From positions 372,001 through 436,000 of the forward strand of contig JAYWIR010000070.1 in NCBI GenBank assembly GCA_036172245.1: a stretch of DNA of 64,000 nt. The letters are read 5' to 3'. The notes under the pieces are model-generated. The model saw only the letters and a list, made by a program, of their open reading frames with translations, was not told where the DNA came from and did not search any database. Made by a program: the position numbers and the translations under genes. Positions 27,607 to 40,197 of the stretch are shown piece by piece (within the stretch, counting starts at the first letter, position 1; the number at the start of each line of letters is the position of its first letter). This DNA is from Raillietiella orientalis (taxonomy: Eukaryota).

Positions 27607-28786
27607 TTTTCTCGGTGCTCCTCGTGCCAGGAAGTCTCCCCCAGTGCAAGCGTCGTGTGGTTCGGTGGTCAATCAGGCAGCGATGCCTGACGCGACCACC
27701 AGGGATGGCAAGGGGGCAGCGGCAACTCCGCCCCCAGAGGCGATGGAGAGCCAGGGGACGGCGGCAACGTCGCCCCTGGAGGCGATGGAGGTGGGGGCAT
27801 GCGCCCCCACAAAATCGGTCCCCGCTGCAGCGCGGGCGTGGAGCGCCCTTGTGTCGGCGCCATCGCCTGCAGCCGCGACGGAATTGTCGGCCTATGTAGA
27901 GGAGGGGTACAACCCCTCATTGTTCTACAAGGTAGGCAATCTCTATTCTTCAGAGAGCGCGCGCGCCTTTTCGAAGGGCATGCGCGCTGTTGATGTGAAA
28001 GAGGAGGAGCTCAGCGCTATGACCATCTGCAGCGGGGGTCAGTACGTTGAGGTCATCTGCAAGCATGCAGAGCTGGCCCAACGACTGCTCAAAACCCCTG
28101 TTGTGATGGGAACGCGCAGGCTCCTCCCCACTACGGCGGACCGCAGCATGGTGGTCCACCTGTTAGGTGTTACCGCGCGGAAGCGCAAGGAACAGGTTCG
28201 CGCCGCGTTGGAGGAATACGGAACGGTCCACGCGCAGTGGAAGAAAGTTAGTCCTTTCGAGGACTACACGGGGCTGCAACACGGCCTCACTGCTGCGCGC
28301 GTGAACGTTCGGGAGGGCTGCACTCTTCCCCACAAACTGGTGGTGGAAGGCGAAACCGTCGACCTCTGGTATGTGGGGAAGCCGAAATACTGTGGCTTCT
28401 GCAATACGTCGGGCCACCTCAAAAAGAGGTGTCCCAATGTGCAGTGCCAAGTATGCGGCACAATGGGCCACACGAGGGAGGTGTGCCCAAAAGCAGCAGT
28501 GCGGGTGGTTTCCAAGAGAAACCTTAAAAAACGCGCCCGGCTTCTGCAGAAAAGGCTGGCGGCGAAAGCTGCCGCGAAGGCTGTGCCACCCGCGCCCAAG
28601 GCCCAGGCCGCACCCGAGACCTCGGCGAACAACGCCGAACAAGTCGAGAAAACAAGCCAGGAGCCTGGGTGGCAGGTGGCTACGGCCAAAAAATCAAAGA
28701 AGGAGAGGAGGATGGAGAAAAAGCTCGCGTACCGCCAGAAAAAACAGCAGGCAAGCGAGCAAATTAAAGAATGCAGCGTTGTCGTT
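27589..28786 (+). mobile_element. Element H part 1: lineage II, intact 5' end and ORF1 N-terminal part (ATG 27683)
   Basis: AGACGTG at 27600. ORF1 is homologous to F ORF1 with two CCHC knuckles and is cut at ECSVVV by J. Confidence 0.92.
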
Positions 28787-31700
28787 TATTACCCGGTTGC
28801 ACCTGGACGTTTATTATAATATCAACTGAGAACTGTGTTCCCAGGCAAGGAGAACAGAAAATGGGGAGTAGATTTCCCGGAACGCAGTCCGGGCACACTG
28901 AGAGTTCGGAACGGGAGGGGGTGGGACAATAAATAAATAAATTGGGTGGGAGGGCGGGGACAGGGGTACACAGTCTAACCGTTCCTATTCTCAGAACCGG
29001 CGGTGAATGCCGCCGATCTCCGTCCTCACTTCTGCTCCAAGATGTGGCCACCCGGCAGCCATTTGCAGGTTGCAGGCTGCGGTGTCGGGGACCGATGTTG
29101 GGACTGCTCGCATCTGCAATACGTGGCGAGCCCTGACAATGGCGCGGACGCAGCAGATGATTGCGATGACCGCTCCAAGAGAAAGTCCGCCACGCGTGTA
29201 GAAGCGACGCATCCAATCCAGTGCGGTGTATCCAGGGTGCAGGAGCGCTGAAGACAGCCGCTGCCACAGCTCCTGGAGGGCACCGCACTCAAACAGCAAA
29301 TGCGGAAGCGAATCCACAGCTCCGCATTTGGCACAGTTCGGGGACGCAACTCCCCCGGAAATCAGGTGCGCCCGCTGGTTGCAGTACAAACCCCAATGCA
29401 CCAGCAGAAAGCGTCCTGCTTCCACCGAAGGGGGAAGAGAGTAGCGTCCAAACACGCCGAAGGGACCACAAGTTCATCGGTGGGCACCCCGAGGAGCTCA
29501 CTCCACCGGAGAAGCCCCTTTGCAAGAATGCGAGGTGTGGCAGCGTCTGCCACTTCGCAAGTCCGCCAGCCGCCCAGCAGTCGGGTTTCGCCTGCGATTT
29601 CGAAAGTGATCTCCCACCTCGCCGGCAGGTCACTGTCATCTCGCACCATCAGTGCACACAGTGCTTCGGCGAGTGGCGTAGCGACTAGGCGTGTCCACTG
29701 GTCCTGGTTTTCCAGCACCTCCCCCACTGGACAGTATGGGGAAAGTTTCACGCAACGGAGTTCCAAACGGGACACATCCTGTTGCGCTGCCCAGGACGAT
29801 AAGGCTTCCTGCCTCCAGGCGTTGAAGTTCGTCGGCCGGCAGGAGATCCACTCATGCTTTCCCAGAAGAGTGGCGAGCTGCTTCAAAGGGAAGCCGAATC
29901 CTCTCTGGGCGCGCTCCGTGCGCACATGCAACGAACGTAGTCCGTCGCCACCCGTGCTGCGCCGCAGCAGCAGCCGCGCTGGAGCACACCAGGGAGTAGT
30001 CCAGAGCTGCGTACAAAGTGCCAGCATGCGGAACTGCACTAGCAGTCCGATCCGCTCCAGCGTCAGGATGCCCAATCCTGCATCCCGCCGAGGAGCCGCC
30101 AAGTCCTTCAGGCGTATCCTGGACCTCGCCGGTCCCCACAGGGCGTTACGCAACAGGCGTTGCGCCCGGCGCTTAGCCGAGTAGGGAGGGGGACAAACAA
30201 AAAAGAGGGGACGGAGGAGGGGGGCAACGAAAATGTTTCACACGAAACCCGTTCCAACAGGAGAAACCTGCCGCCTTAGAACGGGCCCAGAGCAGTCTCG
30301 GCCTTGTGAAGGCAGTCCGACCACGCTTCTGCTGGACAGAAGGCGCCCAAGGGAACGACGAGGTACTTCAAGCACCTGCCCGTGGGGATCCCCAGGCAAA
30401 TCCAGTCGGACTGCACCTCTCACGTAGAGCCAACCGTTACAACGGTTGATTTCGTCCTGTTGACGCTCAGGCCCGCTCCCCGACGAATGAGCTCGAAGAA
30501 GTCCTCGAGCCTGGACGCCGGGGTGGACATGGGCAGCAGCAGGAGAAGGTCGTCAGCATAGGCGGCCACGGACGGTGTTCCCGAACAGGAGCTCGGCAGG
30601 TTGACCAGCGTCAGCCTGTACCTTCTCAGCACCAACTCAAAGAAGATGCTGAAGAGCAGGGGGCTTGAGCTGTCTCCCTGCCTGATACCCCGCCGTATGG
30701 GAATGCCGTACACGTGGCGCCCGCTGAAAGAGATACAGCATAACGCGTGGCGCCAGCAGGAGCGCAAGTAGGCGATGAGGTGCGTCGGGAGGCCTAGGCG
30801 TCCCAGAAGCTCCAGAAGGAGGTCCTGGTTTACGCTGTCGAACGCTTTGCAGAGATCGACGGCGACCGCTAAGGCTCCCGGGGTTCCATCGTGCCTTGAA
30901 CACCGCCGCTTTCCTTTGGCAGCGGCGATTTCGGCTGCCTGGCTCTGCTGCGCCACGCGCTGCTGCAACTCGAACCATGTTCGCGCGAAGAAGAGATTCG
31001 CGTCCATGGACCGCCCCGGAACAGCATACGTCTGCTCCGGACTTACCAAGGACTCTGCGATTCTCCCCAGGCGCGCACCCATAGCCTGGAGAACAACTTG
31101 ACGTCCGAATTGTCAGTGTTTAGTGTGCACTTCACTGGGAGAACCCAGTGTTTCCCTACAGTAAACATCTTTTTTAAAGACTTCATTATCTAATTTTTGT
31201 AAAAAATTAGAATAATAAATGCCCCGGCATATCCATGTGACAAACTTCGGATGCAGCCGAGCATTCCTGGCCAGCGTCATCGAGGAGACAAGCCGCTCCA
31301 GACTGCTAAACCTGGGGCTCGACCCTGGCCTTATACTCCGCCAGACGCCGGACGTCCGAGCATCGTGAAAAGGTACGCGCCTGCAGATAGGATCTGCTGT
31401 TCGCGACACCCTCCCTGAAGCCGCGGGGAAGCAGGTGCAAGGGGAACCGGCAGCAGAACTCGCGGACCGATCTTTTCAGATCGTCCCAGTCCTCGAGTTC
31501 ACAGATGGCGAAGCCACGGAGGTGTTGGCGGAGATGCTCCGCCGCCTCCGAATTGCTAAGCCAGTCGGCCGGCAACCTCCAGACATTCATCGGAGGCCCT
31601 TTGCCAGGCGGGAGGAGCTCGAACTCCAGTCTAGGATGATCCGAAATCGCGGACAGCAGGCGCCCTCTCCGACCTACTCGTAAGAGCAGGTGTTCAACGA

Positions 31701-34323
31701 GGAACGCATGGTCCGGCGATCTCTCCATCCCGGGCTCACCAGCAAGCAAGTTTTGCACGCTCACGGACGCGCATACCTCGCTCACCAGTTGCTTCTCCCT
31801 CAAGCGGCATCTCTCCTCTGTTAGCAGGTGGACGTTGAATTCTCCTGCAAGGAGGTGCGCCACGTTAGGGCCGGAGTCAGCGAGCCAGCGGCTGCGCAGG
31901 CCACCCGGGAATGCAAGTCGCTGGGCGTAATGCCGGCCACCGCTCGGCGCGTAGATGTTCGTAACGACCAGGTCGATCGATTCGGACCACTTGAGGACAA
32001 GTTGGTCCACACGACCTTCCTCGTCGAAACAAACGTTCCGCACCGCCTCCACCACCCTGCCTCGGACGAGGAACGCGACTCCACACGTGTGCGCGGAGCC
32101 TTGCCGTGAGTGTAGCGTCCCGCCCGCGCGCTCTTCCTGATCCGATGCCTGCCGTACGGAGATGCTCTGTATCTCCTGCAGCAGCATCAGATCGAACGGG
32201 CGCAAAGCGTTGGCTACCGTCCGCCATTTGTCACCATCACGTAGCCCGTTGACATTCCAACAGGCCACGCTGACGCGACGAGCGGAGGCGAGTCCACGCA
32301 TCACTGCTGCGGACATGACGGCGTGCTCCTCGCCCCGTCCGGCGAGAAGTCAGCTGGTAGGAGAGCGGATTGGGAAGCGGAATCGCTCCCGTTCGCCGCC
32401 ACATCGCGCCCAGCTGAGTCCTGGGAGCCGAGGATCATCGCCTCGGTCTCCGTGCAGGAGCCGGAACCGCCTCCGGCAACAGGCTCGTGCTTTCGCACTT
32501 TAGCCCGGCGCGCTACCGGCTTACCCCGGGATGCGCGCTCCATTTGTTTGCACTCGGACTCCACCTCGGAGTCCGAGTGCCTGGCGCGAGACTGGCGTTT
32601 TGACAGTCCCTTTTTGTTTCGGCAGGTGGAGGCTTGCCCTGCCCGCGCGGGTGTCGTCGCAGTCGCCAACGCAGCTTCCGGAGCTTTGGCTTCCGCAACC
32701 GCCCTCTCGCGCGAAGCGACGGAGACAGAGCACGCAGCCGTAGTGCGTACCTGGGTACGCACCTTCTTCGGCGTGCTTCTCTTTTGCCTCCCACCCACCT
32801 TAAGGATGGGGAATATTGAAGGGTCAACCTTCTTCTTCCCCTTTGTGGGCGTCCTGGAGACTCGAGTCCAGCCCGCGTCAAGGACGCCCTCCTGGGAGGC
32901 CGACGCCTCCCTCAATTGTTTGGCCGGAGATGCCGGCTCACGTTTCGCGCTCGCGGCGGGAGACGGCTCCGTCCCAGTTACGCACTGCACCTGCTCCTTA
33001 GCCGATGCGGGCGAAACGGCGGTCATTGCCGTCGTCCCGCGAGGCGCTACTGCAGCCTTCGCTGCTCTTGCCTTCGGCGTGGAAGACGTGATCTCCACCA
33101 CCGTAGGAGGAGGCTGCCGTGCAGAGGCAGCTCCGAGGGTACCCGCGCACGGTTTCCCGTGTGCTCCGCTGGACGCGCAAGCGGACGCGGACGGTTCAGC
33201 AGCCTTGATTAAGTGCGTGCCCGCACTCTTAGGCTGCTTCGAAGAAGGCGATTTGCCCCCAGGGCGACGTGGCATCTTTCCCGTCTGCGCGGTTGTCTGG
33301 GATGGTGGCTTCCCTGAAGCAACCGCGCCCTTTTTCGCGGGACCGCCACTCGAAGATGCCCCGCACTTCGCGCCCCATTTCTCCCGTGGCACAACGGGGG
33401 ATCCTTTTGGCTCGGACGGGGTCGATTGTTGGCGGCTTTTCGCCTGCCGCTTTCTCTTCAGCTCGGCGCACTCTTTGATGGAGTGGCCGAGCTGTTTACA
33501 ATAGTGGCAGTTGCGTGAAGGGCACGCCCACGGACGGTGGCCCTCGGCACCGGAAATGCCGCAAGCCGGTCGCTGACCGGCAAATTTAAGGTGGACGATC
33601 GCATCGCCCACCTGCAAGTGCGGAGGCATTTGCCTCCTATCCGCCATGGTGACACGCGCCATGGCAAGTCCGCTGTGGAGAGATGCAATCCTTTTGATCG
33701 GATTGTCTGCTTTCTACAGCGCGTGCACCGTGGCGAATGCACTTAGTGCAGCGACGAGCATGCGATCAGGCGTGTCCACCTGGACGGCGGATAATCGGAC
33801 CACGGACGACTGGTCCATGGCCGACGGGACGATCTCCTTCCCGCGGATATTTAGTGGGGTGCGGAGAAGGCGCTGGATTAGGGATGCCTCTTTGCAGTGC
33901 ACCTCCCAGTGTCCGAGCGCGTTAACCGGCATGACGGCCAGGAGGTCGTCCTGACGGACCCCGACTCGCAAAAGCACGTCCCACAAATTTTCTTCGACCC
34001 CGTCGGAGATAGAAGCACTCACCGGATAGCAGAGCGCAGGCTTGTAGCCATGGGCTGCATATGACTGCAGCTCTGCTTCGTCGGGCGGTGCTCCGTTGGC
34101 TGCCGCCGCCTTGACGACGGCGGCGAAGCTTCTCGCCGGTGGCGAGACACAAGAATCAGAGGCGGACCGCACATCTGGAGTAGAGTCTTTACTGCTAGTA
34201 GCAGCCTCCACATCCATCTTTTGCTGCAAGGGCTCCGTGGACATCCCAGTGGACGCACTCGGGCACACCACACACAAGAAGACGGAAAGGAATCACGCTC
34301 GAGGAGCAACACAGAACACGTCC
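28787..34323 (-). mobile_element. Element J: lineage III, both termini present; ORF1 34244-32301 (one premature stop), ORF2 32301-28991 (disrupted)
   Basis: 5' GGACGTG at 34323-34317 and 3' AATAAA-hairpin. TGATG stop/start overlap; APE, RT and CAKCGAVDSLPHLLFEC motifs. Imperfect TSD tgcagcgttgtcgt (28772-28785) / tgcaccgtcgtcgt (34325-34338). Confidence 0.93.
31111..31243 (+). mobile_element. Element K: isolated 3' terminus of a further family member inside J ORF2
   Basis: Ends aataaatgccccggcatatccatgtgacaa, similar to the D2 end aataaacgccccggcgcacccgggtgacaa. About 0.4 kb of J ORF2 is missing at this point. Confidence 0.7.
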
Positions 34324-34534
34324 GTGCACCGTCGTCGTCGAGCGTATTCCCGACGCTGCGAAAAAGAACTCGCCGCTACCGACGACAATCCCTCTGTTGA
34401 CTCTGTCAACAGCGAGGAGAGCGAGCCGGCGGCGGCGTCCGTCATCGACACCACCATCGATGACGTAGCCTTCGCGCGAGCCTCGGAGGAGCTGGCAGCC
34501 TCGTTGCAGCCAGCCCCCTCCGCGGCCAGTAGGA
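34324..34534 (+). mobile_element. Element H part 2: continuation of lineage II ORF1 after J
   Basis: Resumes CTVVVERIP..AAASVIDTTIDDVAFARASEELAASLQP, homologous to F ORF1 51180-51390. Confidence 0.88.
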
Positions 34535-34620
34535 GGACGTGTTTTTCCTTCACTCCCCAAAGAGTAGTAGGAAAGCGCTTTTTCTTCTGTGTGGTGTTTT
34601 GTGTACATCGTCGGTGTCCA

Positions 34621-36371
34621 ATGGCCACGACGCCAGAGGACACCGCGATGGAGGTGGGAGTGGGGGAGGTTAGTTCGCCCCCCAGCCTACTGGAGCAGGG
34701 GCAGCCGCCCCGGAATCATCCCCGGCCACGCCGAGGACATGGAGCGCCATGGTGGCCGCGCCAAGCGCAGAAGCCATGGCGGAGATGGCCGCATACAAGG
34801 CCTCCGGGTACAAGCCATCGCTTGTCTACCAGGTAGGCAACTTGTTCGACGGCCGGACAGCGCGCGCCTTCAGCAAAGCGTTGGAGGACGCAAATGTTAA
34901 TGAGAAGGATCTGGACGGCCTCTCCGTCCTCAGCGGCGGGCAGCGGGTCGAGGTGGTCTGCAAAGATGTCACCTTGGCTCACCGCCTAATCCATGCGCCG
35001 CTGAACGTAGACGGCCGCAAGATCCTGCCAGTATCAATGGACCGCTCCGTGGTGGTCCACATGACTGGCATCACCAGCCGCATGACGCGGTCAGCGGTTG
35101 GTGAGGAATTAAGAAAGTACGGTGAGGTGCACGCACTGTGGCCGAAACCCTCCATTTTCGACGGCTTCGATAGCCTTTTTGGTGGGCAGGCTACAGCGCG
35201 GGTGACCGTACGGGAGAATTGTGGGCTTCCCCACAAACTACAGGTGGCGCAAGAAAACGTCGACCTGTGGTATGTAGGGAAGCCCCGGTATTGCGGGCAT
35301 TGTGATGCCGTGGGACACCTACGTAAAAGGTGCCCCAATATACAATGCCATTTGTGCGGGGAGCGGGGCCACGTTCGGCGCGTGTGTCCCAAACGCCCCA
35401 CCCCGGTTCCCCCTGCCGCGAAAAAAGCGCAGGGGAAACGTGCTTCAAAGGTCTCTAGACCTAAAGTAGAAAAGGGCCAGCACAAGCTGCCAACACCTCA
35501 ACCTCCGGCAAGTAAGCCGGAGGATAAACCTTCTGAAACGGTGGAAGGCGAAGAGGGATGGCAGCTTGTAGAGGCCAGAAAACCAAGGAAACTCCCACCC
35601 GCGGAGAGCAAAGAGCGCAAGACGGCCGGAAAGCCGAAAAAACCCGGTCCGCGCTCGAAAACTCTGCGCGAGTGCACGGTGGCACTCGAACGAATCGTCG
35701 TTCCCGAGATTGCCACCCGGAGCGTCGATCCTCCCCTTGCCGTTTCCGCTGCGCCCGAGGCTCGCGACGGCGAACCCTCTGTTTACACAGAGGGTGAGCC
35801 GCGCGACATAGCGGCGGTCAAAGCTGCGGACGCCGCGTTCGCGCAGGCGGCGGAGGAGCTCGCGGTCACGCTGGCCGAGCGTGAGAACCCCTCGCGCAAG
35901 GCCGTGCGAAGGCCGGCTCCGGCGAAGAAGGCCCCCACAGGTGAGTTAGACCTGGGGGCCGGAAGCACATCCTCCTCCTCGGAGGCACCCCCCAGGAAGT
36001 CGGGACGCAAGTCCCAGAAGCCCAGGAGGCGCCTCCTCTCCACCAGCGAGGAGGAGAAGACGGAAGCCGTCGCCAGCGTGGGAAATTCAAAGGAGGAATT
36101 CCCACGCTCGGAAGCCGTCGATGCGGCCACCCCCATGGAGGAGGGTGAACAGGGGGGTGAAGTTTACCCTGCAGGCGCCGACCCTGAACAGCCCGCCCCC
36201 ATGGAGGAGGGCGAACAGGTAGGCGCGACTCCACCTGCGGGTGATCCGGCCGACGCGCCGGCACCGATGGAGGAGGGGGACCAGGTGCCTTCAGCACCTG
36301 ACCCCCCTCCTCCACCTAGCGTCCCGCCTCAGCAGGTGGCGGACGCCGCACTGCCATCTTCCCAGGAGTAA
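34621..36371 (+). pseudogene. a1 ORF1, gag-like (one frameshift near 34682)
   Basis: Near-identical to the intact a2 ORF1; two CX2CX4HX4C knuckles. Confidence 0.88.
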
Positions 36372-39300
36372 CACCTGGGCTCGCCAGTCGCCGTCGGATT
36401 CGCGCGGCTTGTTGGAATGTCAACGGGCTGCGCGACGACGGTAACAGGCGAGATACAGCCGACACCCTGCGGGAGTTCGACCTGGCCCTGTTGCAGGAGA
36501 TCCACGTGATCACCGCGGCAGACGTCCAGGAGATCGAGACGATCGCGGGGGGTCGGCTGTACTGGCACTGCGGCATCCGCAACACCTGCGGGGTCGCGTT
36601 CTTCGTGAAGCCGGCCATCGACGCTGCCGTGAAGGGCGTGCGCTTCGATGACGACGGTCGGGTCGGTCAGCTGACTCTCGGCTGGTCCGACTCGATCGAT
36701 CTGATCGTCACGAATGTGTACGCCCCAGCCGGTCAAAAGGGATACAGTAACCGTACCCGGCTGCTTGAATCCCTGAAGCGCGACTGGCTGGCGGACACGA
36801 ACGTGCGGAAGGCTCACCTGATAGCGGGAGATTTCAATCTCCGCCTGCTAACAGGTGAGCCGGAAACACAAGTGAACGCGATGAGCGAGTTGTGCGCAGT
36901 CATCCGTGTGCGCTACTTGTTATCGGGTGAAAAAGGAATGGTCCGCAGCATCGACCACGTCTTCCTGGACGCTGACCTGTGTTCACGCGTCGGCAAACGG
37001 GGGAGGGTTGTGTCGACGTTGTCGGACCATTCCCGGCTAATTTTCGAGATGCGGCCTCGCGACAAAGGACCGCCATCCAGGGATTGGCGTCTGCTGGGGG
37101 ACTGGACGCGACTCTCAGGTGCGAAGGAACACCTTCGCGAATACCTGAGAGGCGTCACGCTCCGGAATCTCTAGGACTGGGACCTTTTTGAGGAATCGGT
37201 CCGCGATTTCTGTGAGCAGTTCCCCCTGGATCGCCTGTTCCCCGGATTCGGCGAGTGTGCTCGCAACCATCGGGCCTATTTACAGGCTCGTAGGTACGAG
37301 TGAACCCCTAATGTCCGTCGCCTGGCCGAGTACCGCGCCGGGGCCGAACGCCAAGCCTGGCAATCCGGGTCGGCCAGCTTGCTGGAAGGCCAGGGCCGGG
37401 AATGTTCGTCCCCGGCGTCGGTACGGCATCTCGTGCGGAGTTATTATTCCTCCCTGTACGCCAGGGCGCCCCCGGATCAAGATGCCTCTCGGCTCTTGCT
37501 TCCGGATGGTGCCCCGGCAATAGGGGAGGAGGAGTCGTTAAGCCTCGATGAGCCTTTGACCACCGGCGAAATTCTCGCCGGTATCAAAAGGCTCAAGAGG
37601 CGGAAAGCTCCAGGGGAAGACGGCTTGCCCGCGGAGTTCTATCAGAGCTTCGCGGAAGAGCTGGCACCCCTGCTGCTTCAGCTGACAAGGCTGATCCGAG
37701 ACGAAGGCGATGTTCCCGCCTCGTTTCGGTCAGCCAGAGTGAGGCTCCTTCCGAAAGGGGGAGACCTTAGGAATTTGAACAACTGGCGTCCGATCACGAT
37801 TGTGAATACGGACGCCAAGTTGGTTGCCGGGCTATGGGCTTCGCGTCTGGGGCAGGTGGCAGAATCCATTATTAGCCCGGAGCAGACATATGCTGTTCTC
37901 GGGCGAAGTATGGATGCCAACCTCTTCTTCGCGAGCACGTGGATGCACGCGCAGAGGTGTCAAAAGGAAGGGAAAGGAAAAATCGGCAACCCCACTTTGG
38001 GGCCGCCAGCAGGGCAGGGAATGGACTCCCGGGCGGGGAAGGAGGCCTTAGCGCTCGCAGTCGATCTCCATAAGGCGTTCGACTGTGTTGACCAGGGGCT
38101 TTTGTTGGAGCTCCTGGGTCGCATGGGCTTCCCACCCTCCTTGATCAACTACCTGCGCTCCTGCTGGCGCCATGCGATAATTTCCGTCTCTTTCAGTAGT
38201 CAGAAGGTGCATGGCGTGCCGGTGCGGCGGGGCATCAGGCAGGGAGATAGCCTGAGTCCCCTGCTCTTCAGCACCTACTTTGAGTTGGTGCTGAGAGCCT
38301 ACAGGGTGACTTTGGCCTCCTTGCCTAGCTCGTGTCCCGGCACGCCCGCCGTAGCAGCCTATGCCGACGACCTTCTGCTCCTGTTACCTATGTCCACCCC
38401 GGCGAAGGCGGTCGGAGACTTCTTCGATCTGCTCAGCCGTGGAACCGGACTGCAGGTCAACAGGGCGAAGTCGTCGGTGGTGCCAGTAGGTGCGGCGTGG
38501 GCAGGGCAGCAGGACTGGGTCCGTCTGGGGATCCCCACGGCGAGGTGCATCAAGTACCTTGGTGTGCCGTTGGGTGACTACTCCCCTGCGGAAGCGTGGT
38601 CCAGCTGTCTTCAAAAAGTTGAGACGGCGATCGGCCCGTTCCTGGAAGGCAAGTTTCACTTGCCGGAACGGGCCGCGGTTTGGAACGCCTTCGCGGCCCC
38701 CATCCTCCGCCCCTTGCTTTTTGTTTGCCCCGCCCCCAGAGAATGCAAAAAGAGGACGAAGGACCTTCTCCGCATCGCCCTTTGGGGCAAGGGGAGGCCC
38801 CGAGTCCCTCTGAAGGACTTGTGCGCTCCGCGTCGGGATGGCGGCCTTGGCCTCCTGACGCTGGAGCGCGTGGAAATTCAGCTGCGGTGGCGAACCCTCG
38901 CCATCGCAGCGAAGATGTGGAGCACCCCTTGGTGCGTTCCGGCCCGCCACCTCGCCAGGCGTGTGTCCCGATGCGAAGGACTCGCGTCGTTTCTTCTGTG
39001 CCCTGGCCGGAAGATCCGAAGATGCGGCCTTATGCTCGGACGCATAGCAACCTTGGCGAAGACGAACGGTTGGATGGTTTGTGGCCCCGCCAACTCCTCC
39101 GCCTGGTTGGAGGAGTCTGCTGGCACATGGGCTAAGCTGAACCGGAGGAGTGAAAACCACATGAACTGCCTGCGAATCGGCCCATACGCCAACCGCACCC
39201 TGCGGGAAATACTGGAATTTCCTCGGAGTCGCAGGTGGGCGTTGACGACCCCCCTTGCTACGGCGATGCCCTACCTCCTGAGGGCGCTTCAGGATCGCCA

Positions 39301-39967
39301 GAAGCCGAGGTGGCAAGTCACCTGCCAGATCGCAGGCAGGGAGAAGATGTTAAGCAGCTGGACCACAGGAGAACTGGCGGACGCCACGACCCCGAGCGTC
39401 CAGCCGCGTGGATTAATGAGATGGGGCGAGCTGCTCGCCATCCCTACGGATGTGCTGAAGTGGCCCCCGGTACTAAAGGAATCCAGGATCCTGCCCCTTA
39501 AGTGGCAAGAGTCGGCGTTGCTATTGCTGCACTGGGGTTTACCCTGCAACGCACGCCGCTTCCACTGGACAAGGGGAGCTGTGGACCCTGAGTGTGTCAG
39601 GTGCGGAGAGCGGGAATCGCTCTCCCACCTTATTGTGGACTGTGCTGCCATCCGACCCCTCTGGGAACGGTTCGGGGCGACCCTAGGGCTCCCTACGAGC
39701 AGCACCCCCAGAGACGTTCTTCGGCCCCTCTTCGTGAAGGACGCACTGCAGCCAGCCGCAGCCATCGCAGCCTTGTGCTGTGTCCGTGGCATCGTGGCTG
39801 CATGGAGCGACGCCAATAACGAAGGAGTGGGTCCACACGCGAGGGATGTCATCCCATACGCCCAACGCTTCATGCGGAGAGCTGCCGGATGGCCCCAACT
39901 GGGGAATATACGGACGGACCTCGAGGGCTTCCTTCAACGGATGGGCCCTCCTCACAGCGCTCAGTGA
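36371..39967 (+). pseudogene. a1 ORF2: APE endonuclease - reverse transcriptase - CCHC, ~1199 codons in one frame with two premature stops (37172, 37301)
   Basis: WNVNGL, QEIH, YAP, GDFN, IDH, SDH; KAPGEDG, WRPIT, DLHKAFD, RQGDSLSP, YADD, KYLG, GGLGL; CVRCGERESLSHLIVDC. Confidence 0.93.
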
Positions 39968-40148
39968 TCCCTTCCCTGCCCTCCAACTTCTTTTTGTCTG
40001 TTTATTTTTTTTATTTTTCTTTTTGTTTTATCCCCATCCCCCTTCGCTGCTGAGGAACGCTACGCTGGGCTGCGTCCCGGTGTCCCGGCAGGTCCAGTGC
40101 ATATGGCTGTGAGCGGGGCCTAGTACCGCGGATGTAGAGTTTTTTAAA

Positions 40149-40179
40149 AATAAACGCCCCGGGCGTACCCGGGTGTAAA
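40149..40179 (+). terminator. Conserved element 3' terminus: AATAAA plus GC hairpin (representative of nine copies)
   Basis: aataaacgcCCCGGGcgtaCCCGGGtgtaaa; equivalents at 21508, 25503, 28787, 31214, 42832, 47013, 52648 and 62077. Confidence 0.75.
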
Positions 40180-40197
40180 CCTCCACGGCCAACTGGA

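Larger units (their letters stand above)
34535..40179 (+). mobile_element. Element a1: full-length lineage I element (5.65 kb)
   Basis: Runs from GGACGTG to AATAAA-CCCGGGcgtaCCCGGG-tgtaaa. Flanked by related 18-mers at 34517-34534 and 40180-40197. Confidence 0.95.
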
